Assembly (NCBI GenBank): GCA_036867785.1
Contig: CP145409.1
Location: 434,001-498,000, forward strand
DNA length: 64,000 nucleotides
Direction of reading: 5' to 3'
From: Plasmodiophora brassicae
Taxonomy: Eukaryota
Positions within the stretch are counted from its first letter, which is position 1. Each line of letters opens with the position of its first letter. The translations under genes and the position numbers were made by a program. Of the stretch, positions 1 through 14,000 are shown piece after piece. The notes under the pieces were generated by a model. The model did not search any database and was not told the origin of the DNA. It saw only the letters and a list, made by a program, of their open reading frames with translations.

Positions 1-301
1 CGAATGCATGACGCTCCACATGCGGTATCCAGGCGCTTGGGCTTCATTTCCATCCCTATTGCATGCGTTCTGTTGCGGGGCGTGAACCAGGCAGTGTCGC
101 TTCCTCGCTTTGCTGGTTCTCTACCTCAGCCGTTCGTTGTCGCTGTTGCCATTTTGATATTCTGCATCTTGCTCGCTCTCAAGGTTGTGATCAATTTGTC
201 GCTTCTTGGAGTATCCGCTGCACTAGCTGTAAATCCGCCAAGTCATGTTCAAACGTATCGAACCGTTGAAAGGTATTCGGTGTTCGTTGCTGCACCAACA
301 A

Positions 302-396
302 ATATATTTGCATGATTTATCGACTAACTGTCCAATTGCTAAACGGCATTCACTTTATTCTCTCGTATAGCAATTGGACACAGTTTGCAAATGTGT
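302..396 (+). repeat. Imperfect inverted repeat / hairpin
   Basis: TGTCCAATTGCTA (329-341) is the perfect reverse complement of TAGCAATTGGACA (368-380). Outer helix ATATATTTGCA (302-312) pairs with TGCAAATGTGT (386-396) with two G-U pairs on the + strand. Confidence 0.6.
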
Positions 397-617
397 GCTA
401 GAAACGCATCTCCAGCGTGCGCTGCCGTTGCATCGAGGTCGTCGAATCGCCAGCGTCAATCCCGCTGTCTTGTAAGGCGGGCGCAGTGGGAACGTTGGTG
501 ACAACCAAAGAGTACAGCGGCGAAGTGTTACTGGCCCTTGCTTGATGAATCGAGATAACAGAGTTCGGGATCAAATCGCATCCTTGTCGTCAGCTTGACA
601 GGGCCCCTGAAGCGAAA

Positions 618-844
618 TTAATGTCCCCCGCTGTTGACCAAGTCGATGTCGCCATTCCCGGTGATAACGAGTTTTCGAATCTCTGCCATGATCGCAGGCT
701 GGGATCCCCAGCCTACAAGGTGCTGCGTGATGCCGAGGTGAAGCAACACAGCATCCAGCGGAAGCAAGCGTTCAGGAGAATACTTGAAAACGTACCTAAC
801 ACCGGGAAAGGCGACATCGACTTGGTCAACAGCTGGGACTTTAA
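618..844 (+). repeat. Long fold-back hairpin (pre-miRNA-like)
   Basis: 630-663 GCTGTTGACCAAGTCGATGTCGCCATTCCCGGTG pairs with 800-833 at 33/34 positions (24 contiguous perfect). Imperfect extensions outward (TTAAnGTCCC / GGGACnTTAA) and inward (GTTTTCGA / TTGAAAAC); loop about 100 nt. Confidence 0.85.
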
Positions 845-954
845 CGGGACTGGAAAGTGCTGCACTGGATTAGTTGCCGGCCAGGTCTACAGAATGCCGG
901 TCCACAGGAGTCGAGCAGACTCGATCAGGTACGTTGCGTCCCGCGCTTCTCTGG

Positions 955-970
955 CTCTCTCTCTCTCTCT
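955..970. repeat. (CT)8 microsatellite
   Basis: Read directly from the sequence. Confidence 0.9.
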
Positions 971-1521
971 TCGTTCTGGAAACTGAATTCAACCACGAGT
1001 CATGACAATCCCAAATATCCGGGCATCTGGCCTGCCAGGGTATCCTCCATGGTCATGGACATCGCCTGTCGCTCCAGAGTTTCCGGGGAACCAGATGCAA
1101 CGTGAACGTTTACGGGCAAGGGTCGGTGATTGACTGGGCCGCACTGCTCCCTTTGCTGAGCGCCCCTCTTTGTGGATCGTCTGGAACCCGATTCGCAGGA
1201 ACACGTCCACTGGTCCATTTAGACGCACTTCATTGTACGCAGGCAAAGGCGCATGCATCATTACTGATCGGAAGATCGGTTCAGTAGACATCAGTGTCTG
1301 GAAACCCGCATTCGCGCAGCGTGTTCTTTTAATATTTGGGATACCAGCCGCATAGCCCCCCGTGAGGGCAAGCTGCTCAGACTTTTGATCACAGGTTAGC
1401 TCGCATCTTTACGAGCGGCTGGAGAAGCGTGCCCGCAAGGAGAACGTACAACAGCGCCACCAGAAGGACCAGACGGGGACAATCACTATCCATGTCAGGT
1501 TTAAGATTAAAATCGAACCGA

Positions 1522-1616
1522 CCGTCTGACGTTACTCCAATCCAGTTGTGCCTACCTAGTAGCCGCCTATCTCAGGCTGAGACCCGTCAATCCAATACTA
1601 GTTTAACGTCAGACGG
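1522..1616. repeat. 13-bp perfect inverted repeat pair enclosing a small hairpin
   Basis: CCGTCTGACGTTA (1522-1534) / TAACGTCAGACGG (1604-1616); internal TCTCAG-G-CTGAGA (1570-1582). Confidence 0.55.
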
Positions 1617-2028
1617 CTTGTCCCACAACGTTGGCTAAGCATGACTATGTTTGATGGAAAACAATCGAGGCGCGGTACAATCTGTCAGGTCTGCCTTCGC
1701 GCTTGTCAGCGAGGTCGGGTAGACCGGTGCGACTTTTCGCGAATACTCCCGAACAGAGTAGTAGTACCTGGCGGATACAAGTAGTGGACTAACAGTCGTT
1801 TCCAGGGAAACAGTCGATCCCAGTTCCGCTCGTCCTGCTGACGATGCTGCATTGAGAGTTCGCGGATCGGCGCGGATCAACAACCGTCGATCAGGCCAGA
1901 GGTAACGTTTTTTGGATTCCCCCTCGACCGGCGTGAGACGCAGGCGCCGCGGTCATTTTGCCTGGCGTGAATTTTCTACAGCGGCAGGTCGACGCGCGGA
2001 CGTGGTGCGCGTCCAGTTGCACTAGTGC

Positions 2029-5000
2029 ATGGGCAGGCGTCGCAGCGTTGATGAATTTGATGTCGAGACTCGCCCGGAGCTGCTGATCCAGGTTCTTAGC
2101 AATGCCCGCGCTGTTCTCGAACGCTATCATACGTTAGAAGGCGCCGTCGAGCCGGGCACTGATCGATCCGGCGCATCATCCCAGTTAGGCATCGATGCAG
2201 AACTGCACGCTGGATGTATACCGTTTGAAAAGGTATGGGGTCGATTCAAATGTATACAACCTGGCCATATTCTGATGTATCGACAAAGGACGGTGAGCGT
2301 ATCGAAGCAATGCTTAAAATATGGGATGCCGATCTGAATAGGTTTGACATGGCGCGCTCAACGTTTTCAAACATGTTGGAAAAACGAATCGCCGTGCTGG
2401 AGAGTTTTCTGGCGGCCGCCTCATCGCCCCAGTCTGTTGATGCGACACAGAATACTTCTGTCCAAGGAGTACCGCCTCCACTGGCCTCCATGACACTGCC
2501 TAGATCGAGCTTGTCGGAAATCGAAGGATCGGATCCTTCGACCTGGCCTGAAACATTGAAGGCACTGGTCAAGGCGTTCGCTAAAATGGAGATACTTCAG
2601 CTTCGGAATGAGAGTTGTGAGGCAGCTACACAGTTTCTGGATGCTTCTCAGAAACATTGGCAGCTCGCTCTGGCCTCTGAGGAACCAGACCAACACGCAC
2701 AAGCTTTTGTCGTGCAGAGAATTGTTTCGGTTTTGACCATGTTTGCCGTTCTGTATGGTTCCCTGCACTCCGTTCTTGTAGCCATCCGGATTCTTCTCGA
2801 AGGTGCATCAATGTTTCCTTCGTTGACTATGCAGCTTTCAGGCAATGTCCACAGCCTCGGCCGATTCCAAGCTCAGTTGGACCTCTCGTTACCTTGGAAC
2901 AAAGCTGTCTTCAGTACCTGGTCTGAACCTGGCTCAGCTCCCAAACGTGACGCTGCAAAAGGAAAAGGAATTGCTAACGATGGTAATTTCCTCTACATCC
3001 ACAATGGGTGTGGTCTGCATAAGGTTGGAACCGGGCTGCATGGGACAGTTCGTGGTCATGTCTATGCCCACCGTAAGAACTATCGCAACAAGGAGCTTGT
3101 ACATCTAGCCTGTATCAACAAAACCCTGTACGCCCTCTCTAACCAGTTCGAGTGGCCGTTCGTTGACGCGATCGATTGTTCTGAACTGAACGACATCGGC
3201 CTTGTTCAACTGGGTTATGATCCAGAAACGAGCGTTCCTGAAAAACGTGCCGACTCTCTCCAGTTTATGATATCTGATGGAGCTCATCTCTATTTATTTG
3301 ACCAAGATTCACAGGAAGAAAACAGTCGTAAAGACACGGGCAGTGATTCATCCACACGAATGCCTCAGATAGCCATCTACGTTTACGAGACCTCACCTGA
3401 TAATGATCGGCCCGAGTCTGGCGGTCGGACGCCTGGCCGATTCGCGCAAGAAACAAAGGTTAAATCTGATCCGTATGCTGTTTTAATGGATGTGTGCTTA
3501 CGCTCAGTGCGAATGCAGGCGCTTGCCCAGAGCTTGTGGAAGAATTTTGCTTATCGTTTCCCACTTTCGCTTTGTACAATTGCACTTAAGGTTTCTCGAA
3601 ATGATCCTAACGCTGCCGGTCGATGGCTGCTGAACCATGGAAGCTCCTTCGACGGCTGTTCAAGGGTCCGACTGTGCAGGAGATTTCTACTACAGCCTAT
3701 GAGTTAGTCTATCATTGGTACGAAGTAACCCTATATTGAACTCGTTGACAGGTGGCTTAACCATTGGGCTTCTTTCGAGATCTCTCGTTTACGTCACTGG
3801 CCACCAACTCGTCGTTGTAATTCCGCCGTACACGAACGATTGCAATGATAGCGTAATCCGTCGTCGGGACATTCCAGCAAAAGGCATTCATTTTCTTGCA
3901 TTCAGAGTGAATGGCTGGGGAGGGTGTTCGACTGCCATACGGGCAACCTGATTGCTGAGCAGAGCGGCGGAATTTCAGCCACCGGATTAAATGGTCTCTG
4001 GATCGTCCTTGTAAGCTATGTATTTACTGACTGTTCTGCATGAAGCTTGCTACGATGCCGTGAATGACGTAATCTGGAACTCGCATTTGCCGAGCTTTAT
4101 CCAATTCCAGGCATTACATAACCATGGTCCGAGGCTTCAACTCTCGAATTCGTTGCTACCCGGGTTTGCGGCAATGTCTGTGGAGGCCATGATCGAGGGG
4201 TTGGGGAACATGGAGAACCCGCGTCTATTTGATGTCGCGGTGTTCCTTATGTGCCACGCCATGCGATGCCTCAAACAACGGTATACCATTTTTGCAGGAT
4301 GGGTGTCTCTGAAGCACCAACCGTTTCGAATAGGTCGATTATGGAGCCAGAATCAAACACAGTGGACGATGAGTCGGGAAATGATCACCCTAAATCCAAG
4401 AAGAGGTCACGCCGCAAGTTAAGCCGGGTAAGTTGGAAGGTTTGACACCGCTCCTCGTTTTCTCAACGTGTGTGACAAACAATGCCTAGGCGAAAAAACA
4501 AGCCAATGCCGCCCGATCACCTTCAGGCACCGCACCGTCTCCATATCCGTCGACACCGTTATGCTTCGAGCTCTCCGATAAGATGTTAGAAGCCATTGCA
4601 TATCGACATGCTTAGCAGACTAAACTTCCCCAATCCTAGGTTCAACGAATTACTTACCCTATCAAAGAACCTAGCAACAATGTTGCTTGCAATGGACCCG
4701 GGAGACAAGAAAGTTCCACGCACAGCTTTCCTTTTGATATCGACTTTTCGGCTTCTACGATATCATTTTGAGGAAATCGTTTCTGTCTCTGGCCCTTCTG
4801 AATGTACACCTATATTTGATGCCTCAAGCATATCGGATCACTTGCAACGTATGCTTGTGTCGCCGTTTCCTTTGGCGTATTGTTCGGATATTCGACAAGA
4901 AGCTGGCCTTGCCTTGACCGCTGGCTTTCGTCTACTATTCCTCACGGATTCTTCCCAGATGGATTTTATTTCACAAACCATCAAGTCGGCCCTACTCCTG

Positions 5001-8000
5001 CCGCATCAGGCAGCTCAGAGTACAGAGTTCTCAGAGCAGCTAATGCATTGGCTTGCGCAGAATATTCAGGATTTTGAGTTTGTCTGGCGTCTACCATTGG
5101 ATCTTGTTGAGCTGGTGTTTGAGCTGTGCGCGAAGAACCCGTACTGCAACGGCAACTCTGGATCTCACGCTCTGCTTTTGGCGATTGTCAATGCATATGT
5201 AACTCAGTTGCCGATCTCAAGCGCTTCGCCTCCGGAAATGTCGACTGGTTGGCTAGTCGCATTCTCATTGCGGCTCTTTGAACAGGTGCGCAAATTGGTC
5301 GACTATCGTGCTGCTCATGAAGAAAAGCTCGGTGGTATTCGGCGTCAAAACAGCAGAGCGCAAACCGACCTGCAAGCATCAATTATTGCAATTCTTCCGA
5401 CAATTCTTCCGTCTCTCGGGATCGTCATTCGAGATGCCACATTGTCGTCAGCCCAAATCCTTCACCTTTTGTCGTCAACATCGACACTAATTTCTTCGTT
5501 CAATAACCTCAATAAGGCACTTCCATCAAGTGCGGCTGAGGATCGGACGTACTGCGACAATGTTGCTACCGAGCTACGGAACGAAGTCGTCGTCGAGTCA
5601 TCGCATCCATATGCCAATGGAGCGAACGTTATTCGCGAGACAATCTACTTCCCCACGTCTCACGCGATATCGATAACGTTCGACCCCCGATGTTCGACGA
5701 AAGACCACATGGACCAGTTAGTATTCTATACGGACGTCGCCATGGTAAGGAGAATCGTGCCTGTGTTTTCTTACAATCTGACTTTGAATAGAATTGTCGA
5801 GCTCCCATCGGCCCGTTCTTCGGCAATGAGCAGGATCGCAATGCGAACTGGCTGAAACGTCCTGTCATTATAGCAGGCTCGACACTATCGTTGTCGTTTT
5901 CGGCACGATCGCAGCCGCGCGATGGCGACAAAACCCGATGGGGCTTTCGGTGCGCGTTTCGTGGCATTTCGTTCACTACTCTATCCTTCACCTTAGATGT
6001 ACAGTCGCTGTTATGCTCAGCAGCAGGTAATGTGATATAGCTTGTCAGTACATTTCCAGTCCATGACACGTTTCGCAGGACTTTTCTGCAGCTCCCTTAT
6101 CCGTGGACCACCTGTAGTTGACAGCGAAAGTTTCTTTGACGATTGGGTTCACAGGTCCCTTATAACAGAGGGTCTGGAGCGATACGATCTAGACGACGAT
6201 GACGCTAAGGCTTTGCGGTTATGTCCTGTCGTTGTTAACGATGACAGCTCTTCAAATTGCTTTTCAAAATCCGATAGCGTGTTGCGGTCTATCATTGACG
6301 GCACTGCATCATCACTGCTGACATTACTGCAGCAGCATGAGTATCGTTTTATTGGGAACCATCTGATTCGCAGTCTTCCGACACCTATCCAACAAGGTTA
6401 ACCCATTCGGTTGTCTATAACTCCGCCGCTAAACGTGATGACAGATTGGCAACGGTGCATTCGTGCTGTAATGGCATGTATGATTAAGCACTCCGGGCTC
6501 TTGTTCGAATTCCTACAGGCGACTCGTAAACATGAGAATTGTTTCAGCGAAGGGGAGAATGGTGCCGACGGTCCCTCGTTATACGACAAGTTTCGCATGG
6601 TATCGGTGTCGGCACAGAGTCTTCAGGTCGGATACGTGGTACTGTTTGCCTTGTGGAAAGCACTGAGCTCTGCAATTGCAGGATTGGATGCTTCACCAGG
6701 TCCAAGCAATTCGTCGCTGGCACACCTTTCTGGTCGACCACCATCAACCAACAGTTACCCAACTTAACGAAGAGTTTGGTCATAGTGATGACCATTTCAA
6801 CTTGCTTGCGATATGCGGATACCTTGGGGTTGATACGACGTCTTTGGATTCCAGTGGCAGTGATCTTAATCCGGTCTTTTCTGCTATTGCGGAGCTGACG
6901 GCTGCGTCGCCCATTTCTGTTTCGCCATATGAGTACATCTGTGGCCATGTTAGTCGCGCTGCAGAGGAGTTGATGATGTTCAAGGCCTCATTCCCAGAAT
7001 CAGACTTCCCGGATTCCTCTCTGGATGTTCCAGATATTTGGCGATCGCGCAGTGTCGCTACCAACTTGAATTCTACTGCCCAGAGCCCAATTATGCGGAC
7101 GCTTTCAGTTCCTGTCCTCCCACGTGATAACGCTCTCACCGCTTTACCAGCGGCTCAAAAAGGATTTGAGTCACGCGTTCATCACTTGCGTACCTCCATT
7201 CAAAACTACCAGCACTGGAAGCTATGGCGGCAAACTGTTTCACAATCGGCAGCCTCAGCGAGGAAGGATTCACCCATGTCACCCCTTGAATCTATCCTGG
7301 GTTTGGTACGCAGGCGTATGAAGCCCAACCAAATGCTGAAGATAGCTCATACGCACTACCTTCGCCTGAGGTATCGCATCGCCGGGTTGCACACTCTTTC
7401 AGAACTGGTCCGCTCTATATGCTTCGGCAGTTCCCGCATTGCACTCCTTGGTAGGCTTCAAAGTTCCTTGCGTGAAAGCAGTTGTAACAGCGCGGCGTCT
7501 TTGGAGGCCGGCGTTTGCTGCTGTCCATCCGTTTGGCGCGAGTCCTTGCTTGCGTCATTCGGCTCTTTGTTCTCGACTTTAATTGTATTCATTTCTGACG
7601 GCTCCGCTCCCCTCGCTGTACGCATGCTAGCGTTTCGCGACGTTTACGGGATCGATTTTGACGCTCACCACTGTCGCTTAATCGAAACTTGGCGTATGCT
7701 TGACAACGTAACCAACGTTGTTATGCACCCGAAGGTGAATCTTTCGATTACTAGTAAGGGGTCAACGAAAGTTCAAGAAGATTTCCTTGATGCTGTTTGG
7801 GCGGCGTTGCGGCTGGTCGCTTTCCGGATGCTTCGATTCTCTGCGGATGACTTGCAAGGTACGCTTCCCGTTGTGATAAGTGGGTATTCTGTTCTGATTT
7901 GTTATCGCAGACGATATAGCGCTCTCTGTTGTTCTTCTGGATGTCAAGCGGTTTCAGCGTACTGTTTTTCAGTCACTTCTAAGTATTCTGCGTCATTTCC

Positions 8001-11000
8001 TCGGAATATCTTCGGCCGACGAGTCCCAGCGTATTGCATCAAACCGTTATATTCAACGTGTTGCTTCCCTTTTAATGCTCGTCTCCCCGCTGCCCAGTAT
8101 TTCGCTGCTGAACCGGCCTGAGTTTCTACAGTGCTTTGCCGTAGTATTGAAACATCCGGCGTATTACCCGCTACGTGTTGTCCGTTTAATTGTTCGTTTG
8201 GCTAGGTACATCATGATTATTGAATTCCTATGGCTTGCTAGACTAAGTCGGTTGCTCTCAGGACCGTGCTATCAGTTGTTTCCCCGATGTCTGTCGTTGA
8301 GTTGTTTCCGGACCATTTTCCAACTCTATTGATTAGAGTGATTGCGGATCTGGTTGTCAGTGATGCCGAGCCCAACACCAAATCAAAGTTTTGTGTCATC
8401 GCGCACCCATCACCTGGGATGAACCAAGCTTGGTGGGTCCGGATTGTGACTCATGAGATACCAGAACTTGTGTCTGGGTCCCCTCCGATGGACGATCCGT
8501 CCTTTCAGCTTGCAGAGCAATTACATCGAGAGGAAGCTGAACAAGCATATGCCATTCGCTCCACATATCGGTCAGGGCCAGATAGTATACCCTTAAAGGA
8601 AATCGGTGGTGGATCTGTCCAATTTCTAGCCGACAACGTCGTCATCTGCGTATGTAATGATTTTACTGTTGTCATTCTCTCGCTCACACACTGTTCTTCA
8701 GAAAGATGGTTTTGCAACTGTCGTCGGTGAAGTGAGCATCACCTCCGGTCGATGGTATTTTGAACTTATTCTGCAATCCTCCGGGGTTATGCAAGTCGGA
8801 TGGTGCACTCTTGATATGGTTGCGTCAAGCTCTTCAGGCAATGGAATTGGTGATGATCGGCGGAGTTGGGCATATGACGGTATTGTTGCTTGTTCCAGAA
8901 AATACTCGCTGTCTCATTTCAGTCTCATTCGATGTTATAGGCAGGCGTTTATCGAAATGGCATGGTGATCAAAGTCGCTACAGTTCGAAACGGTGGCAGG
9001 CGGGAGATGTCGTTGGCGTTGCGATTGACCTCCATGATCGGGTGATGCGCTACTACCTCAACGGTGTGGACCTTGGCATTGCCTTCTCTGGCCTCGAAGA
9101 AATAGGGGAACATGGTGGCGTTAGACCCGCATGCTCATTTGCTGCTGGTGAACGAGCACGTTTTGTTTTCGACGCGACGCAGTTTCGATCGAGTTTGCCA
9201 GAAGGCTATTTCCCACTGGAGGGCGATAAGCCGATGCCGCGAAACAATCCTCTTGGACGCTCGCATTCAATTTGGTGTGATTTGACACAACTTGGCCAAG
9301 CTGTGGTCTGGAGAGATAACTCGGATGGCTGTCTTTCAATGGCGTCCCGCTTATCAAGGCATGGCGCCATTGTAACTGTGGTCCGCGAGGCATCCCTTGA
9401 GTCATGTAGCAACAAAGGTGCTTCCACCGTGCACAATGTGTTTCGTCTGAACGGTCGAGGCGCGAGAGCGATGGCTTCTGAATTCATTTCATTGGCTCGG
9501 TTTTTATTAAGTCCGACGCTATGCACCCGTGCTTGGTCCGAATCGCTTTCGTCGACCATTAACGCTGTTATTGAGGCTTATAAGGACGTTGCAGACACAT
9601 CTGCAACGTCCAGGCTGCTTCTGGGTTGCCTTTGTGTTCTGGGCGGATTTTCTGAGCCACTTCGGATTGGTGGTTATGTTGACATTGACGATGAAATCGG
9701 AGGACGAAATTTGGGTGTCATTCTTGATTCCATACCAGGCAGTGCTGTTGTGTCTGTGGCCATGCTTGATCGCCCACTTGACGCAACGATGTCGTCGTCG
9801 AACCTTGGAACCTCTCTTCGTGGCTCCGTTACTACGGTGAGAAAGCCAAGCGTTGTCGACACTACGTCAGATCCTGCAACGAGAACTTCTCTGGCTCACC
9901 GGATACGTGTTGATAAGATCCGTACAAGGTCCGAATTTGATGTTGATCTCATGAATGATTTCCCGCTTTCGAAAACGCACGTCGCTTGTTTTATTAGCCT
10001 CAGCTCTATTCAGCAGCATTCAGAAGGACGGTGGATGCTGTTGGAGTTGCAGCTTAGATCCATGCTGGTCCTTGAGTCCTTACTTCGCCTTGCGAACACC
10101 GATGACTCTCCTTCTATCCGCTTGGCTACCAAGCACTTTCGAGGCCTGGCGCGATCATCTTCTTGGCGTAACTTCCAGTACGAACGGGTTCGAAACGTCG
10201 TTGAACGATCGCGCGATCGTGTTTGGGATCTTTCGAGTGACTGCTTTGGATGGTTTGCTCAGCCTCCGGTGCCCGGAACGACGTCCAATACTGCTTTTGA
10301 AGAGCTTTGTGAAACTTCCACACCGTCGGCCTCTGTCGACAGCAACGAGCTTTTTGTTTATGGTTCAAGCTGTTACTTGGAGCAATCTGGTGTTGGTGCT
10401 ATAGCGGACGATACTTCGATACAAAGAATGGTTCGGTATTGGGAGAGCCGGATCATTCCTCACATTCAGGATTACGTCCGCGGGTCATTCCGGGACTACG
10501 AGATGGTCTACTTTTTCGAGCAACTGCGGCAACCGCTTCGTGCTGGCGATGTCGCATCAGCCATGAAGATCGTGTACACGTTATGTAACCAGCGTGTTCC
10601 TGACACTGTTCAATTTCCAGCGCTGGATCATGACTGGTCGCAGCTCATGGCTGAAGATATTTCCGTTGGGCAGGCACTCTACGTCGCCCAGCCGTCTCGG
10701 TCGGTCTCTGACGGGCTTGACGGCGGGCTTCCTTTGCAAATGGCAAATCGCATAGGAACAGTTCAAGCAGTGCGGCCCGAGAAAGATCTTGTGATGCTTC
10801 AGGTCTACTTCGAAGATGAAGCGATACTCAGGAGTGCTTGGTTTCCAGTGAACGTTTTAAGAGAACCTGAACAAATGGATTCCGTCGGTAGTACCGAGAG
10901 TGTCGACAGTATTCGAACTATTTCAGACGCTCTTGAGTTTCTTCAGTCTGCTCTTGCCCCACTTCCTGTGTTGCTGGCACGGCGGTCGATTGTATCACTC

Positions 11001-14000
11001 TGCTCGCAGACTTCTCATTTCATTGCAAATCAGTTGCAAGCAGCCCGGGATCCTGGAGAACTGCTTTTCGCTTCACTGTCGCAGTGTCTACAGTGCTCCT
11101 TGCCCAATGTTGGCACAGCATTGGTGGAGCATGTCGCTACTATTGAGCGTTTTGAGCGAAACCTTGCCGATGCATTGGCATCCTCTGATGCTCAGTTTGC
11201 TGATCAAATTCTCGATTTTATGGAAAAGTCTCTGACAACTGCATCTGCGTTTCTCTCATCCAACACTCGAGTGGTGCTGTCCGGTATCGACTCGCTACCC
11301 CAACCGTACTTTACTCCAGGCGCAGCGTCATTCGTGGTCGAATTCGCACAAGACGCGTTCCTCCCTGCTAACACGACGTTTTCGGTATTTGCTGACGCAG
11401 AATGCACGCGCCCTATACGTCATTACGTTGGCGGGAAGTCTGGCTGTGGACGTCTACAACACTGCACGGTAGAAGGCGATAGATTTTGGATGCGTGCTGG
11501 AGAGCGCCCGGATGCATCGGCTTTTGAAGGTTTCCGAGTTCGGGTCACAGCGTTATCGCCAGACTTCGCACTCTCGTTCTGGATTATCCGGTTCTTGATG
11601 GAGCATTCCCTGCCTTGTTTCGGCGAGAACCGGTCACGCATCGCGTTTGAATCAATTGTACGCCTTTTCGCCCGATTCGACCTTGTCCATATGGCGCCGT
11701 CGCCAGTGAAACAAGTGATTTTGGCTCTCGTATATGACCTTGTCGGCCTATGCGAAACAACATCGTATTTGAGCAATCAAGATATTGCCCAGTCAGCTCT
11801 TGTACACATTGCTGAACTGCAACCTGAATTAATTGGTCTGCTGGCTGATGAAACAGTCAAACCTGTGTTCACGTCATACGTTCAACAACTGTTGGACCTC
11901 CAGGTTCGCGCCGACTACCTACGTCATCCAGACATTCGACTTGCGAAGTCGTTCGATCCCGGTTCTCCCCTATCGTTCGGTAGCGAACCCGCCGACGATG
12001 GTGCAGCCGAGGACGTACCCGTCGATAACAGTTGGGCGTGCCCTATTTGCACCCTTGTTAATGAGGACTCGTCTGCAATCTGCTGTGCCTGTGAAAATCC
12101 TCGGCCAGCGGTCGTCGAGAGCGCAAGCCTTCGTGAAACAGCTCCGCTATCTCCTTACACAGTCGACCGGTTACGCGAAGCAGCGTCCACCCGTTTTGAT
12201 CATGTCGTTGGTCTTGTCGGTATAATGAAATGGCTGTTGGGCGTCGTAGATATCGACGCTTGTGCTCCCTCGCAAGCCATTTTACATGCTGCATGGGAAG
12301 TAAGCCGTCGAGAGAGCATCCAGCCTCGACTGGTTGTTGTTGACGGCATTCCGATCACCCACACGGAGAGCGATGCCAGAGCGCATCTTCTGCGTTCGCT
12401 GGAGAAAGTGTCAGCGATCAGCGGTGTACCTTATCTTGTCGATTTGGAATCCATTTTCTTTGGCTTCAATCCCGTAGGTTCCTATCCATTACGTTCGTAA
12501 TATTGCTTTGTGACCATTTCTGCGTCGTACAGGAATTGCCTCCATCGGACACGTTAGAGGATGCAGCAACATTCCTGTCACAAGCTCCGAAAATGGTCGT
12601 CTTCGAGCACGACTTTCCTCTGGACAATAATGGTATTGTTTGGTACCTGGGAACCCGAGCATGCACGGAACCATTTACAAATCCTGTGCATCTTGGACTT
12701 GTCGGAGTTACAGCATCGTCCCTCCAACACGACTCCACGTCTGCAGACGCCGTTGTAGGACGCGACGTTGTACGATGTGTCACAACTCCAGCTGAAAATC
12801 AGGTTTGGCTATATCTTGATCTTCCATTTAGTTGTTAATTGTCTGCTAACTGTCTTCGTTTAGTGGTTCGAAATTGAGTTCAAGGACATGCTGATCAGCC
12901 CGACGCATTACACACTTCGTCATTATATTTCTTGGCACACGGAGGCCTTGCGCAACTGGCGGTTTGAGGCTCTCGGATCTGATGGCAACTGGATATGCCT
13001 TCACGAAGCGGTTAACGATGAATCCTTGTCGGCAAAAGGAGCCGCCCACACGTGGCATTTGCCACCTGTTCCGACTGGCCAAGAGTCATCATTCTCCAAA
13101 TTCCGCATCTTCATGACTGGCCTCAATTCGAATAAGCATTGGTATCTTGCTCTCTCAGGGTTTGAGATCTATGGCTCCGTTACCAGCGAATCAATCGTCC
13201 AAAAATTGCCTATTCGATCGTCCAACCGGTTCGCCGTGTTTCAGTTGCTGAACGGATCGTCACCTGATGTTCTAGATTCCCTGGTCAACGGATTGAATGG
13301 CTCTGTACTTGAATGGCCTGATTGGTTCCGTTCGCGAGTCACTATTCAACGGTTCATCGACATTCCGGAAACTGACGCTCGCATAACAACGTATTTGAAA
13401 TCTCGTCTGGTAAATGTCGAGTCATCGAGTCTTACCGAGGGATTCCGAAACGCTATTGGTGAAATCTTTGGTGCCAAAACTATTCGCGAATCACACCGCC
13501 TGTTGCTATCTCCGACAACGCTGGAACAAGTATCGTTTGCTGCTCACTGGCCTTTGCCTAGCGCCGCGCCAGGCGACGCCGAAGAAGTGGTGCAGGTTGA
13601 CGCCATGTGTACGTTGTTCCAAACGTCAATACTGGATGGGAGTGCTGATCCGCTGTCCATCTGGAGCTGGCTTTTTTCTCTTGGATTCGACTTAAAATTC
13701 GTTCGTTGCTCGGTGCCCTCAGAAACGACGGCCGAAGCCCAACAATCCGCTTGGACAAAGCTACCAACTTCAGCACATTTAGACTATTTGGAATTTATTC
13801 ATGGCGCAGCAGACGGGTGCGGTGCAGATTCCCTGTTGACATTCCCGATCTCGGAGCTGCCTTGCACAGAACGGGACTTAATCGGGCTTAAAGACCTAAC
13901 ACTGCATGCCGCCAATACTGGTCTTCTTTCGCCCGAGTCTATGCGCCTGCGACTGATTGTCTTGCAGCAGTTCAACCGCATGGTTATTGAGATGCTGCCT

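Noticed and set aside
1-1400. Minus-strand protein gene (ORFs 989-1291, 1000-1218 and a possible exon near 130-225)
   Set aside because: I could not build a consistent spliced model or recognise a domain. Left unresolved.
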